64,000 nucleotides of DNA from Candidatus Poribacteria bacterium (lineage in GTDB: Bacteria > Poribacteria > WGA-4E > PCPOR2b), in the NCBI GenBank assembly GCA_965215015.1, contig OZ244042.1:1312001-1376000 (forward strand). The letters run 5' to 3'. The notes under the pieces were generated by a model, which did no database searches, was not told the origin of the DNA, and was given only the letters and a program-made list of their open reading frames with translations. The translations under genes were made by a program, and so were the position numbers. Below are positions 41,362 through 50,328 of this stretch, piece after piece (the first letter of the stretch is position 1; each line of letters begins with the position of its first letter).

Positions 41362-41619
41362 ATGTATCAGATTCGATATCGATCAAGCGCGGTTAAGGTA
41401 CTCCAGCGGCTGCCCAGTAATGTAGCGAAAACTATTGTTCGCAAGATTAACCAACTTGCTGAGAATCCCCATGCGCCCAACAATAATATAACACAACTTA
41501 CAGGTCAGCCGGGATACCGGCTCAGAGTAGGTGACTGGCGAGTGCTGTATGAAATCCATGATGACACTCTCGCCATTGAAATCATAAAAATTGGACCGAG
41601 AGGCAGTGTGTATAGATGA
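41362..41619 (+). CDS. RelE/ParE-family toxin
   Basis: YRLRVGDWRVLY...IGPRGSVYR. Confidence 0.9.
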   Translation: MYQIRYRSSAVKVLQRLPSNVAKTIVRKINQLAENPHAPNNNITQLTGQPGYRLRVGDWRVLYEIHDDTLAIEIIKIGPRGSVYR

Positions 41620-41975
41620 ACTTTGAAACAGTTGAAAGAAACAGCCAAAAATTTGTTCTTGTCCCGATGGAACAGTATAATCAACTCCTCGCCGATCTGG
41701 AGATGTTAAGAGACGCCCATGATTTTCGTGGATCGAAATCCGTTGACGAGGAAACCTTCCCCGACGAGGTAATTAATCGGTTGATTCTCAATGAGGAGAA
41801 TCCAATCAAGGTCTACCGAGAGTACCGGGGAATCACACAGAAACAACTTGCAGATAAAATCAGCATTCAACGTGGATATCTAGCAGAGATTGAGACAGGA
41901 CGAAAGTCCGGTTCCATCAAAACGTTGAAAGCAATTGCTGAGGCACTTAATATCGATTTGATGTCAATCCTGTAA
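41616..41975 (+). CDS. XRE/HTH antitoxin (HigA-like)
   Basis: ATGA coupling to the toxin; NPIKVYRE.RG.TQ.QLA...YLAEIETG HTH. Confidence 0.88.
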   Translation: MNFETVERNSQKFVLVPMEQYNQLLADLEMLRDAHDFRGSKSVDEETFPDEVINRLILNEENPIKVYREYRGITQKQLADKISIQRGYLAEIETGRKSGSIKTLKAIAEALNIDLMSIL

Positions 41976-42821
41976 GCGAGATTCTTGTCGTCGTGTCTGT
42001 CCCATCCCCATCGTCGTTTTGTAGCCGGTGCCGCAATAGAACGCGAAGTCGGCGAGCAAATTTGCCAAACGTAACATCTCAGTATCCCCCTTACCATTGG
42101 GTTGACGCTCCATGAAAAATTGGTATGCACAACGTCCAACAAATCCGATCGCCTTATGTTTGCCGAAATCGAGCATCCGGCTTTTGCTCTCTACTGCGGT
42201 CAGCCCGGCGTAACGTGCCACGAAATCGAGAAGGGGCTGCTTATCAATCTGCATCGGGGCGAAGATATTCCATTTGTTGACCCAACTTTGATAGCAGCGC
42301 ACGAGGCTTATATGCGATTGATTGCGCGTTTTTTGCCCACGCGGCGACAGTTCCCTAAAGGCAGTCGGCGAATGGAATCGTACCTGCAGCCGAGGGGCTG
42401 TCCTCGTAGATTCAATCAGATCCTCGTAGGTAGTATTTCCGCTCCAAGCGTTCGTTTCTGTCCTAGATGCAACCAAGCGACTGAGTTGGAAGGTTGCCCT
42501 CCCGAGGCGAATGGATGGCAGTTGCTGCGTAAAGAAGGCGTTGCCGAAGTGGGCGAAAAGTGCATCGTCAAGGAATGTGAAGCGAAGCCAGCATTCTGTC
42601 CCAGCGCGGATTCGCAGGAAATTACCACGTCGCTCCCCTTTGCTAATCAGTGGCGAAACGGTGAACGGTTTCTGCCCTGAGGTCGCGTGGACTTCCTCCG
42701 CTTTTTCTGGGTTGCCAATTCGCAACAGTGACAGGAGCGCGGCGTGGGCGTGGTGGCCCATCGTCGGACGTAGGATGGCATCTTCGGGGGGAATGAGGTA
42801 AATGACGGTGCTGATGGGCAT
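41964..42821 (-). CDS. cas6: CRISPR-associated endoribonuclease Cas6
   Basis: KPFTVSPL, F.SPTAF and Gly-rich GTGYKTTMGMG. Confidence 0.95.
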   Translation of the reverse strand: MPISTVIYLIPPEDAILRPTMGHHAHAALLSLLRIGNPEKAEEVHATSGQKPFTVSPLISKGERRGNFLRIRAGTECWLRFTFLDDALFAHFGNAFFTQQLPSIRLGRATFQLSRLVASRTETNAWSGNTTYEDLIESTRTAPRLQVRFHSPTAFRELSPRGQKTRNQSHISLVRCYQSWVNKWNIFAPMQIDKQPLLDFVARYAGLTAVESKSRMLDFGKHKAIGFVGRCAYQFFMERQPNGKGDTEMLRLANLLADFAFYCGTGYKTTMGMGQTRRQESRLQD

Positions 42822-42832
42822 GGTAAGCCTTT

Positions 42833-43531
42833 CTAATCAGTTGAGTTCGCAAAGTATCTCATTGTGGCTGGCAAACAAACGGTCTCTTGCTCGCTCTGAA
42901 ACGCGACATACTCACCTGTCAAAGTCACATTTTGAAGTAGACTAACCGGCGGCATTGAAATGAGATCATAGAGTTGTGGTCGAATCGAAAGATCTAGCGG
43001 ATTCAATAAGTGAGAACATGTAAATTTACCTCGTTGAATGGTTAATTCTTGACAATCTTTGATTTCGATTTTTGCCTTGCTCATCCATAATCCTAATCGA
43101 ATCCACCCCGGCACCCGTTCGGGCAATTCACCGACGATGAAAAACTCAAACTCGCTCTCCGGCGCAAGTTCCTTCGCCTTGCCGAAAGATGGTTTGTTCG
43201 TCACCGTGATCCCTAACTCCCTTTTTCGCTTATTTCCGACGGTTGAAAATGGACGATGTCGATTGTCTGCGAATTTGAAAGTGCTGATTACATAATCGTA
43301 ATGAATTGGTTTGGCGGGTGTTATATAAACACCTGCCGCATTGATTGGTGTAAGATCCTCCTGATAAGTTGGAATGCTGTCAAGTGACCTATACGGCTTT
43401 TGGCTCAAGCCGAGCGCATACGTCAACGCCCAATTGTGGATGACCTTTTCCGTCTCGTACAGGCGCCCCATCTCACGAGTCGCGTAGTAGAGCGAATCGT
43501 GCAGGATAAGACGACATCTCGTAACTTGCAC
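42833..43531 (-). CDS. cas5d: Type I-D Cas5 (Csc1)
   Basis: LHDSLYYATREMGRLYET, HNWALTYALG, WIRLG.WMSKA. Confidence 0.93.
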   Translation of the reverse strand: MQVTRCRLILHDSLYYATREMGRLYETEKVIHNWALTYALGLSQKPYRSLDSIPTYQEDLTPINAAGVYITPAKPIHYDYVISTFKFADNRHRPFSTVGNKRKRELGITVTNKPSFGKAKELAPESEFEFFIVGELPERVPGWIRLGLWMSKAKIEIKDCQELTIQRGKFTCSHLLNPLDLSIRPQLYDLISMPPVSLLQNVTLTGEYVAFQSEQETVCLPATMRYFANSTD

Positions 43532-43552
43532 CGGTCCCTCCTACTTTTTCTT

Positions 43553-44548
43553 TTAGTTTGATGCCTTTTGAATCACTCGTTTGGAGTATTCCTGCGTCTC
43601 GGCGTTTGCCTCCTGCAAGAATTGATGAAGTTTTTCTTCATCCGTCATTGCCGCCTTAACGATACCAAGTAACTTTCGCAGGTTGTCTCCCTCAAGTAAA
43701 TGGTAGTTCACACTGTCATCCTTCAAGAGCTCGGATATAGTTGATTGAGCCCTTTGAAAAACTTTCGCAGGATTCAGCAGCGCATCGTCCTTGGCGTTGC
43801 CCAACGCATCGTGGATTGCTTGCGTGAGTTTAAGATTTGAAAAGATCTCACCATCAGCAAATACCGCTCCGACGATATGATTGGCAAGTCGGCCGGTTCG
43901 CGTCGTCTGCGCGCCGTAACGTTTCGTTCGCAGCACATTGTTCAAAACGTAGGCGAAACTGTTGACCGTTACATCCTTAATGGTAATGACAGAGGGAAAG
44001 AAAACTTGTGGTACGATATGGTCTTGCTCTCCGAAACCAGATTGTTGTGTGCCCTCCTGAGTCATTGTCCCTTTTTCATAGAGCGCATTAAACGTAAACT
44101 GCTGATGCGATTTATCATAACCCGTAATTGAATAGGCGGTATCAACATACACCTTTGATTTTTCGGAACCGGATTCGCCAATCGCAAAACCGTAGTAAAT
44201 GCAGTCGGGGCAGGTTGTGCAGAACTTCTCATTATAATCACAGTAATTATCTTTCTCAGTATCTTCATTCTGTGTAATACCTATGCTTCTCAGCAATTCA
44301 CGTCCGGTAAGTCGTTCTGGCGAACTCTGTTTTCGCTTGAACATTGCAAGGCGGATGAGCGGCTTACCATTTTGCAAACCTCCATTGACCTTAGCAAGGT
44401 TGAGCGTACCATCTGTTTGAAAGACGGAAAATGACTCCGTTTCACGAATCATAATCAGATGGGCATAATGCCCTGTCGGAGCTTTCGGAATTTGATTCAA
44501 AAAACTATTTTCGGGAACGAGATCTTTCGGGATTTCAATTATCGGCAT
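43553..44548 (-). CDS. cas7d: Type I-D Cas7 (Csc2)
   Basis: FKRKQ..PERL.GRELLR, C..CPDCI.YGFAIG, YGAQ.TRTG. Confidence 0.95.
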   Translation of the reverse strand: MPIIEIPKDLVPENSFLNQIPKAPTGHYAHLIMIRETESFSVFQTDGTLNLAKVNGGLQNGKPLIRLAMFKRKQSSPERLTGRELLRSIGITQNEDTEKDNYCDYNEKFCTTCPDCIYYGFAIGESGSEKSKVYVDTAYSITGYDKSHQQFTFNALYEKGTMTQEGTQQSGFGEQDHIVPQVFFPSVITIKDVTVNSFAYVLNNVLRTKRYGAQTTRTGRLANHIVGAVFADGEIFSNLKLTQAIHDALGNAKDDALLNPAKVFQRAQSTISELLKDDSVNYHLLEGDNLRKLLGIVKAAMTDEEKLHQFLQEANAETQEYSKRVIQKASN

Positions 44549-44981
44549 TGTTGTCCTCCTTTGCCTTTTTCATTTGGAATTGACGCCAATTCACCTGATA
44601 CCATGCGTTGACACCCGCATTAAAGCGGTTGCGTGCCTGACGAAGCAAAGCACGCTCGCCCTCGTAAGACACCATGAAAATCTCATCGTAGAAATACTCG
44701 ACGAAATCGTGAATTGCGGATGCTTCCTCAGCCCGGTCAAGTCGATAGCCTCCTTGGGCACTACCTGACCGAATCAGTCGCATCAAGTTATTCACTTCTC
44801 CAATCATTTGGTACTTCAGATCAGTTGGACAGATTTTCGGCTCACTGTTGATAATTACATCTTCAACCCTCGTAATCACCTTCAAGACACTGTTAGGTGT
44901 GAAATTATGCCTGCTAGTCCTGTGATTATACGTACTGTAGAACTTGAAGCATCGCTTACTAACCCCCTCAATGAAACTCAT
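44535..44981 (-). CDS. cas11d: Cas11d small subunit from an internal in-frame start in cas10d (148 aa)
   Basis: GGAGG 7 nt upstream of the in-frame ATG (MSFIEG...); known arrangement in type I-D. Confidence 0.7.
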   Translation of the reverse strand: MSFIEGVSKRCFKFYSTYNHRTSRHNFTPNSVLKVITRVEDVIINSEPKICPTDLKYQMIGEVNNLMRLIRSGSAQGGYRLDRAEEASAIHDFVEYFYDEIFMVSYEGERALLRQARNRFNAGVNAWYQVNWRQFQMKKAKEDNNADN

Positions 44982-47522
44982 TTTGTCACCTCCAACGTGT
45001 TGGTAGTTTTGAATATATCGCTCTGGAATTGATGGTTCTCCGTCACGTGGTTTCGGGAAATTGTCCCACTTGTTTTTGCGCCTAAACGCCTCCATGTAGT
45101 GAAATACATACAGCGGATCGGTATCAATATTACGGACGATTTCATTCAAGTGTTGCCACTGCGGCTTCCCGTCTTTTTGGAAAACGTCAATATTAATGTC
45201 ATAACTCGCCGCAACCTTTCGCAATGCGGGCTCAATTTCATCAATGCGAAGTTTATCCTCCCCAAGAATATGGCGTACAAAGGAATGTGGCGCGTTGAGA
45301 ACCACTGTTTCCTTCCACTCCTCGCTACTATGATAAAGCGGAATCTGCGACTCCGTCACAACGACCTTCGTATTGAACACTAACGGCATAAGCAGACCGA
45401 GAAAAGTCGGCACCGCCCATGATTCGGTATCAGTGGGGTTTTTGCCAGGCGTCGGGATTCCACAGAAGTAGAAGGTTGCAAGGTCATTAGCGTCGAACTC
45501 CATCTTGAGCAGATAATCATCATCAGGGCTCGGGATTGCGGTGTCAATAGCCATTTTATCTAAGTTGATGAAATCGTTCACTGTCATTCCTTTATGTAGG
45601 GCTTTGCGGACATCAAAGAAATTGAGATTTTTCAAGCGATGATACATAGCACCGGCAAACTCCGCTGTTTCCGTTGTAAAGAAGTAACTTGGATAAAGAT
45701 AAAGCCACTTAATTTTCACGTCGTCGTATCCTTTGCCAACCAGATTCAGTTTAGACCGTATCATAATTTGACGTAGCATCATTTCGATCTCGCACAATTC
45801 ACAGATGCCGCGAACGAGCAGTGAGGAATTGAGCAAGTTCTTGTTGCTGTAGACTTGGTTGGTAAAGATGACCGACGTTTTTTTTTGCCGGCTAGTCTCG
45901 AACGTTGACGAACAGAGCGAACAACCTGCGTTTGATCCACGTCCTTTCTTTTTTGTGTTGGTGTATTTGTCCAATTCCGCTTCAAAGTTGCGTTCAATCT
46001 CACCGTGTCCGTTGATATCAACGATTTGTTGAACATATTCGCGGAGTACCCTAAACCCTTCTTTCTCTATCTCGTGACGTTCAATTTCTTCCTCAAATGT
46101 CACCACAACCTGATTTGCAATGTCTGCAAACAAATCCTCCATCTGATTTGGGTCAAGCCCACGATTTTTCACCAGATATTTGCCTGCGAGGAAATACCAA
46201 TGTAGCGGTACTCCGCCTGCCCGATTATCGCGTGGAATTGCTTCAAAGTCGGTCTGATATTCTTGCATATCCAAGATTTTAACTATCTCAGAAGACACCA
46301 CCTCACGACTCGTTATTATACCAACATGTTTCTCAATTTCATTGAGATACTCCGCAAGTTGGTCAACCCGCATATCCTCTTCAAAATGGAGATTGACATC
46401 GGGGGAAATATCAGTCCTTTCCTGAAGTTGAAGCATCTTCTGTAGGCGCTTTCCAGCAGAGGGGGACTTGTTCTCATGGAGTATCCTGAAGCAGCCGACC
46501 CTGATGAGTTTTAACAATTGTGGAATTTGGAAGAAATCGTAATAGTAATCGGGAAACTTGAATCCCTTTCCATCTCGAGTAAATCCGTTGAGATTTTCTT
46601 CTAACCGACCGGCACAGGATGCGATGAGCTGCTTTTCAATATTCTCGGCAATTTCATCCTGCGTCGGCAAGGCAACCTCTGTGCTCGATTGTTCTCGCAA
46701 ATATGTGACGCCTGTTGGAAAAAATAGGAATGGCTCCCATCCCAGTTGGTCACGCAAGATTCTGAGTAGAGTGTTGTTAATGACGTTTGTAATCATACCG
46801 CGATTCTCGGCGAGTTTGTGATAGGCAAATTCAAGTTTTCCACCGCTGAGTATAACAAGAGATTCACGGACATTCGCCTGCTCTCGAAATCCACTCGGAT
46901 TTTTCAGGAAATAAGCGATGAGATCTGATGCCGTACACATCTTGCACAAATACTGACGTCGCCGCTTTGGCAAACGCAAATCGTAACTTCGTAAATTGAG
47001 ATTTGCACCGTATCTTTTGTGCGTGTTGAGAATGAGATATCCAATATCCCCGCGATAATCTGCGTAATCTGGACAGAATCTATCAAAATGGAGTTTCGAG
47101 ATCCATTCGTCAACGTAGGAATAAAACCGTTCGGACTTCTCTGCGTCGGAGACACTCAAATCACGGATGCCCTCAAGCTTATCGATGTCATGAAGCGAAT
47201 AAGCGATCAGATAGATCTGTTTTTCTAATTCATTTAACGGTTGCCCGGCCCTTTGTACAATCCTAAGCGTTGGGAAGATGCCGTTCAGAATATGTGTGAG
47301 CATACTTTGATCATGCTTATATGCCCAACCTGTGCTTCCTTTTGCCGGCCGGAGCGTATACTCTTCCAGCATTTGCGGCACGACCATTTCAACGTAATCT
47401 CTCAAGACGAAATTGTTTGGGCCAACGGCGTTTTTCAGCAATGCGATTTGTGCGTGGATTTCTTGTGTTTCTTGGAAACTCTCTGAAATCCCCATGAAAT
47501 CAAGTTCAAGTTGTTCAACCAT
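44535..47522 (-). CDS. cas10d: Type I-D Cas10d (Csc3) with N-terminal HD nuclease
   Basis: DQSM.THILNG...LHD HD domain; CSLCS...C.LC zinc motif. Start at 47522 after AGGAGG (ORF track 47618). Confidence 0.93.
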   Translation of the reverse strand: MVEQLELDFMGISESFQETQEIHAQIALLKNAVGPNNFVLRDYVEMVVPQMLEEYTLRPAKGSTGWAYKHDQSMLTHILNGIFPTLRIVQRAGQPLNELEKQIYLIAYSLHDIDKLEGIRDLSVSDAEKSERFYSYVDEWISKLHFDRFCPDYADYRGDIGYLILNTHKRYGANLNLRSYDLRLPKRRRQYLCKMCTASDLIAYFLKNPSGFREQANVRESLVILSGGKLEFAYHKLAENRGMITNVINNTLLRILRDQLGWEPFLFFPTGVTYLREQSSTEVALPTQDEIAENIEKQLIASCAGRLEENLNGFTRDGKGFKFPDYYYDFFQIPQLLKLIRVGCFRILHENKSPSAGKRLQKMLQLQERTDISPDVNLHFEEDMRVDQLAEYLNEIEKHVGIITSREVVSSEIVKILDMQEYQTDFEAIPRDNRAGGVPLHWYFLAGKYLVKNRGLDPNQMEDLFADIANQVVVTFEEEIERHEIEKEGFRVLREYVQQIVDINGHGEIERNFEAELDKYTNTKKKGRGSNAGCSLCSSTFETSRQKKTSVIFTNQVYSNKNLLNSSLLVRGICELCEIEMMLRQIMIRSKLNLVGKGYDDVKIKWLYLYPSYFFTTETAEFAGAMYHRLKNLNFFDVRKALHKGMTVNDFINLDKMAIDTAIPSPDDDYLLKMEFDANDLATFYFCGIPTPGKNPTDTESWAVPTFLGLLMPLVFNTKVVVTESQIPLYHSSEEWKETVVLNAPHSFVRHILGEDKLRIDEIEPALRKVAASYDINIDVFQKDGKPQWQHLNEIVRNIDTDPLYVFHYMEAFRRKNKWDNFPKPRDGEPSIPERYIQNYQHVGGDKMSFIEGVSKRCFKFYSTYNHRTSRHNFTPNSVLKVITRVEDVIINSEPKICPTDLKYQMIGEVNNLMRLIRSGSAQGGYRLDRAEEASAIHDFVEYFYDEIFMVSYEGERALLRQARNRFNAGVNAWYQVNWRQFQMKKAKEDNNADN

Positions 47523-49611
47523 TAGAATTCTCCTCCTTTGCCCAAATGTAGGGTTGAGAGTATAACAAGAGCGCGTCCTTTGAAAATACAACGCTGAATT
47601 CATTTCCATCCGGATCAAGCAGTGAAAATATGGAAAACATCATCGGTAGGCGTAATATCCGCCGTAAATCACCCACCGGCGCTTTATGAATAAGGCACAG
47701 AAGCGGTTTTACGCGCAACCGACGATTGACTCTGTTAACTGCTGGAAAATCGCCATCAATTTGAAACCCCTTGAGTGTATGCAATTGACGATAATTATCA
47801 TCAGTAAACTGCTCTCCAATCTTACGGCTTTGAGTCAGGCGAAAACGCTCTTGTTCTGAGCGATATTCGCGTAACCGCAAATAGACATCAACGTACCGAA
47901 ACTTACGGGACGGGATGTCTCGCGATTGGCATTCGCGCATAAAATTTGCCTTTTCCATGTATTCAACTTCTGCATTCTGTAACACCCACAACAGATTGTA
48001 ATCTTTGATTTCACCGTCGGTTTCGTCGATGATACCGCAGGTAAAAGGGGGTTCTCCACGAAATTGAATGACACCAGAATCAATGATTTCCGGCTGTCGC
48101 TTTTTGACAGCGAAATACCATTTCGTCGATCGCGTTTCAATATCGGTCTCGAAAATGTCGGAATAGACCTTTGTAAGTATTTCTCGCTGTGGTGCATAGT
48201 TTTCACGCAATCGTGGATGTCCCAAAGTGTTGATAATATGTGATGCGTGTAGCCAACCCCAGCACTTTCGATAGCTGCGAAAATCGTTGATGGGCGAGAA
48301 AATTCGTTTATCTTCATCCTCACTTCGCATGAGGTCAGTTAGAGTCGCCTTGTCCATTTCCGAATCCGGGGTGACGATTTGTTCAACCCGTTCGTAAACG
48401 TATTTGGGCAGAAGCGAGTGAGCAACGAAACGATTAAACTTCATAACTGTTCCATCAGGTTTTTCATATTCTGAATGCCGCCCAAGTCGTCCAAGCCTCT
48501 GAATCCACGAACCTGCATCTATTGCCTCAAAGACAAGGAAGTTGATTTTGAAGTCAACGCCGACATCCACCGTTGAGGTCCCGATGAGTAGGTCACTTTC
48601 GTAAAGAGCAAAGCGTCGTTCTTCCTGCCCGCTGAGTCCAGTACTTTCGCCAACATTCAGAGGGAAATCTCCTGCCACGTTTCGCTCTTTGAGAAACGAG
48701 GAAATCCTTTTCGCCGCTGCAACCGAGTTAACGATAATAGCCCCGCGTGAGCTCGGATTCTCAGCAAACCATTCGGCGATTTGTTGATAATGGCTTTCAA
48801 CCCATTCCTCGGTACGGCGACCTGTCGCGTGGAAATTCAAATCGAATGGCGCGCAGATTCTGTCCCAATTTACTGAATCCTGTTCGCCGGATTGATAACA
48901 CCCTTCGATGGTTTTACACCGGAGGTTCGCCTTTTCCAAACAATCCAGTAGGAGTGGGTTGGGTGTAGCAGAGAGAAAGACGAACTTTTTCTGATCAGAT
49001 TTACCACGCCTTTGCTCGATGAAATACAGCATTGTTGTCAGAACAGAGATGACTTGTGACACATCGTAAATATGAAATTCGTCAAAGACGAAAAGATCAT
49101 AAGAATCGATAATATACTGTACCAACTGATCTGGGTTTTCATATTCAGGGTTCAGGTAGTGAAAATTGGCGATCAGATTAAAAATATCAGGATTTGTAAG
49201 TAGAATTGGATTCTCTTGAGCCAAAAGTTCAATCGAGGCTTTTTGCCCGCGTAAATCCTTCAATTCTTCACGAAGTTCATACAACCGCTCCCCAAACATC
49301 TTATCACGGGCAATATCTTGCTCAAACTGCTGGCAGTATCCCTGCACTTGCCGTTCTTGATCTTTAATCAATTCGTTAGTTGGATACATGGCTAGAATTG
49401 GCCTGTCCTCGGTCAACGCGGGGAGATATGCGGCTAAACTTTTTCCGTCGCCGGTCATTGCGACGTTAAAAACAACATCAACACCAGGATCATTGATAGC
49501 CTCGTAAGTCTCAATCTGGTGTTGTCGAAGTTCAAGACCTTCAGGGCTATTTTCAATAGGCGTAGCTTCTGCCTTTCGAGAGTAAACGGGTTTGACGCTA
49601 ACTTTGATCAT
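47515..49611 (-). CDS. cas3: Type I-D Cas3' helicase (no HD domain)
   Basis: AMTGDGKSLA, FDEFH, LSATP, TVDVGVDF and QRLGRLGRH motifs; start after GGAGG. Confidence 0.95.
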   Translation of the reverse strand: MIKVSVKPVYSRKAEATPIENSPEGLELRQHQIETYEAINDPGVDVVFNVAMTGDGKSLAAYLPALTEDRPILAMYPTNELIKDQERQVQGYCQQFEQDIARDKMFGERLYELREELKDLRGQKASIELLAQENPILLTNPDIFNLIANFHYLNPEYENPDQLVQYIIDSYDLFVFDEFHIYDVSQVISVLTTMLYFIEQRRGKSDQKKFVFLSATPNPLLLDCLEKANLRCKTIEGCYQSGEQDSVNWDRICAPFDLNFHATGRRTEEWVESHYQQIAEWFAENPSSRGAIIVNSVAAAKRISSFLKERNVAGDFPLNVGESTGLSGQEERRFALYESDLLIGTSTVDVGVDFKINFLVFEAIDAGSWIQRLGRLGRHSEYEKPDGTVMKFNRFVAHSLLPKYVYERVEQIVTPDSEMDKATLTDLMRSEDEDKRIFSPINDFRSYRKCWGWLHASHIINTLGHPRLRENYAPQREILTKVYSDIFETDIETRSTKWYFAVKKRQPEIIDSGVIQFRGEPPFTCGIIDETDGEIKDYNLLWVLQNAEVEYMEKANFMRECQSRDIPSRKFRYVDVYLRLREYRSEQERFRLTQSRKIGEQFTDDNYRQLHTLKGFQIDGDFPAVNRVNRRLRVKPLLCLIHKAPVGDLRRILRLPMMFSIFSLLDPDGNEFSVVFSKDALLLYSQPYIWAKEENSNG

Positions 49612-49742
49612 CCCAAGCCTCCATTTCATCAGATTTTCCAGTAACCGAGAACATGATAACATACAACCAATCACACAAACCTGCGCCTGATCGAAAAAAA
49701 ATTCCGTCGAATCTCATTTTTGTTAAAATTTTTTGGAAAGAT

Positions 49743-49827
49743 CTGACCTATCTTGAGTTGAATGCTATAATAACGGCGTGCAGGACCGAACCTGCCCTTG
49801 GCGGTAGATGTAAGCCCCGCTTTTTTT
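49743..49827 (+). ncRNA. Candidate small antisense RNA (promoter, hairpin, terminator) in the cas leader
   Basis: CTGACC-17-TATAAT with extended TG; GCAGG/CCTGC hairpin; GCGG/CCGC stem plus T7. Confidence 0.45.
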
Positions 49828-49919
49828 ATGAGATTCGTCTTTTCAAGAATTGGGACGAAATACTGATGGTTTTTCATGTGCAGTTATGTGCAAATTCATC
49901 AATATAAATTGTATACAGA

Positions 49920-49948
49920 ATACTAACATAACATTGGATAAAATGCAA
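49920..49948 (-). promoter_or_regulatory. Predicted promoter of the cas3'-cascade operon
   Basis: TTGCAT-17-TAGTAT with extended TG on the minus strand. Confidence 0.65.
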
Positions 49949-49950
49949 CG

Positions 49951-50121
49951 AAAAAATAAAGGCTCCTGCATTAACTGAGCCGGTGAGCCTCTATTGCCAA
50001 CTAACTCAAAATTGAGATTCTTTTAGAAACATTGCATAAAACATAATACCAACATCTTTCAATCTCGCTCTTCATCGAGAGTCTTTTCATCATGATAACA
50101 CAATCTGTCCTTCTTGGTCAA
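49951..50121 (-). ncRNA. CRISPR-like regulatory RNA (degenerate mini-array, CreR/CreA-like)
   Basis: Promoter TTGACC-18-TATCAT; degenerate repeat 50056-50096 ending ATTGAAAG; short spacer matching the cas promoter; second degenerate repeat about 49997-50033; AGGCTC/GAGCCT hairpin plus T tract. Confidence 0.8.
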
Positions 50122-50328
50122 GAGAAGAATCAGGCATTTTGCCCTGGTGCTGGAATGCACTTTTTCACTCCAGCTTACCATCAGTATCCCTCGGAGCTGT
50201 AGAAAAAAAAACCGCATCCGTCCCGCCTTTCTTTCTTTCCAATTCCCAACCGCCAGCGAATTATGCGATCAAGCGTACTTTATGAATCCCATCTTCCAAT
50301 CTTTGATCTTCTCTCCCTCCTTTCATTC

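Noticed and set aside
49611-49913. Classic CreT-type RNA toxin (strong SD, start codon, tandem rare codons)
   Set aside because: No such mini-ORF found in the leader; only a generic toxin hypothesis is kept
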